DNA of 63,798 nt, counting the filler, from Octopus bimaculoides (taxonomy: Eukaryota): assembly GCF_001194135.2 (NCBI RefSeq). It is 7 parts of 7 records of this genome, joined end to end, with 100 filler letters (N's around TTAATTAATTAA, not from the genome) between each part and the next. Parts side by side here need not be neighbours in the genome. Positions count along the whole stretch, not along the records: positions 62,777 to 63,798 come from NW_026340966.1; 6 more parts are not named here. The stretch is one strand, 5' to 3'. Positions 62,780 through 63,798 of this stretch are shown here, piece after piece. Position 1 is the first letter of the stretch; each line of letters starts with the position of its first letter. Made by a program: the position numbers and the translations under genes. The notes beneath the pieces were generated by a model that did no database searches, had not been told where the DNA came from, and saw only the letters and a program-made list of their open reading frames with translations.

Positions 62780-63094
62780 GTCCTTGCTTTCAATGGCTGC
62801 TGTGTGTGACTGACTTTGAACTGTTTGATCAGCCTCCCTATCATCTGTTCCCTCACCTGAAAAAACACTTGGCTGGGAACCAGTATCACACTGATGATAA
62901 CTTCATGTCTGCTGTTGATGACTTTTTTGACCAACAGGATGAAAGTTCCTTCACCAATGGGAACCAAGCACTGCAACACTGAGGGGAGAAGTATGTGGAC
63001 TGAAAGAGGGATTAAGTGGAAAAATAAACTTCATTTGGTCACATACCATGGGAGTATCTTGGTCAGCCTATGAACTTTTCACCTGACCCTTGTA
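62780..63094 (+). mobile_element. Mariner transposon 3' end (pseudogenised transposase plus TIR ending ..ttttcacctgacccttgTA)
   Basis: FELFDQPPY/HLFPHLKKHLAGNQY..VDDFFDQQDESSFTNGNQALQH*GEKYVD, a mariner C-terminus lacking SPDLAPSDY. Confidence 0.85.
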
Positions 63095-63798
63095 TTTCAT
63101 TGCCTAGCTTCTGTCAGTATGATGGGCTAAGTACATCACAGCCACTGGCATAGTAATGGTCTAAGTATAGTGTAGCTACTGTCACTGTGAAGGGCTAACT
63201 ACAACATAGGTAGATTAAGTACCCTGGGCTAACAACATTATAGCCACTGATATCAGTGTGATGNNNNNNNNNNTTAAGTACCCTGGGCTAACAACATTAT
63301 AGCCACTGATATCAGTGTGATGAGTTAACTACATCGTATCCAACAAACAGCATGGTCTAGCCAACAGATGGTCTAAGTACAGTGTAGCTTCTGTCAGTGT
63401 GATAGGCTAATTCCATCATTGCCTCTAGCACACTGAAGGGCTAACTACTAAGTAGCTACTGTCAGAGGCATGGTCTCACTTCAGAGTAACCGTGATGTAG
63501 TTAACATCACATTATGGCAAATAAAACTGCAATGTAGCTACCAATATCATAGTTGTAGTATGTCTTGCTTAGCTGTAACTACCAACATAGTAGATGTGGT
63601 ATATCTCGGCGGTAGTTACCAACACAGTAGCTGTAGTGTATCATAGATGTACCAACAAACATAGTAGTGAATATATTGACAAGAAAAATGAATTAAAAAG
63701 CTTGTTTCAAGGGAGTTAACTCTGATGGCAATTATGTTAACTTGTCGAAAATCGTAAATAATATAATTTTTGCAGATAAAAAAAGAAATTAAAACGTG

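Noticed and set aside
63216-63321. 48-bp direct repeat on either side of a 10-N gap (similar cases around 51139 and 55490)
   Set aside because: Typical unmerged contig overlap, an assembly artefact.

Overview
Eukaryotic, AT-rich, microsatellite- and transposon-dense animal DNA. The repeat repertoire and intron style point to a coleoid cephalopod, most likely Octopus (inferred from pattern recognition, not a database search). The window is a chain of assembly pieces joined by six artificial N-TTAATTAATTAA-N linkers, plus many N gaps. The only host gene I can support firmly is the 3' part of a polo-like kinase 1 (PLK1) gene on the + strand. It has nine GT-AG exons from 27813 to the stop at 36326, running from the activation loop through both polo boxes; its N-terminal kinase exons are not in the readable sequence. 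Most of the remainder is mobile DNA: tRNA-derived SINE families, RTE, L1/Tx1 and R4/Dong-type LINE fragments, Penelope-like element (PLE) remnants, a Ty3/gypsy gag-protease fragment, Merlin, mariner and piggyBac-type DNA elements, and MITEs. The most interesting observation is a small dispersed element present in four linked copies. It joins a tRNA-derived Pol III head, an (AAT)n linker and a 3' module that folds as a minimal type I hammerhead ribozyme, and it shows PLE-style inverted ends, so it looks like a SINE that borrowed a Penelope-like ribozyme tail. A second, unrelated hammerhead-like motif, a -1 frameshift signal in the gypsy element, a TIR element carrying telomere-like repeats and several fold-back dsRNA-forming structures are also reported. 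There are no prokaryotic features, CRISPR arrays or rRNA genes. Most long ORFs in the supplied track are artefacts of N gaps or microsatellites.
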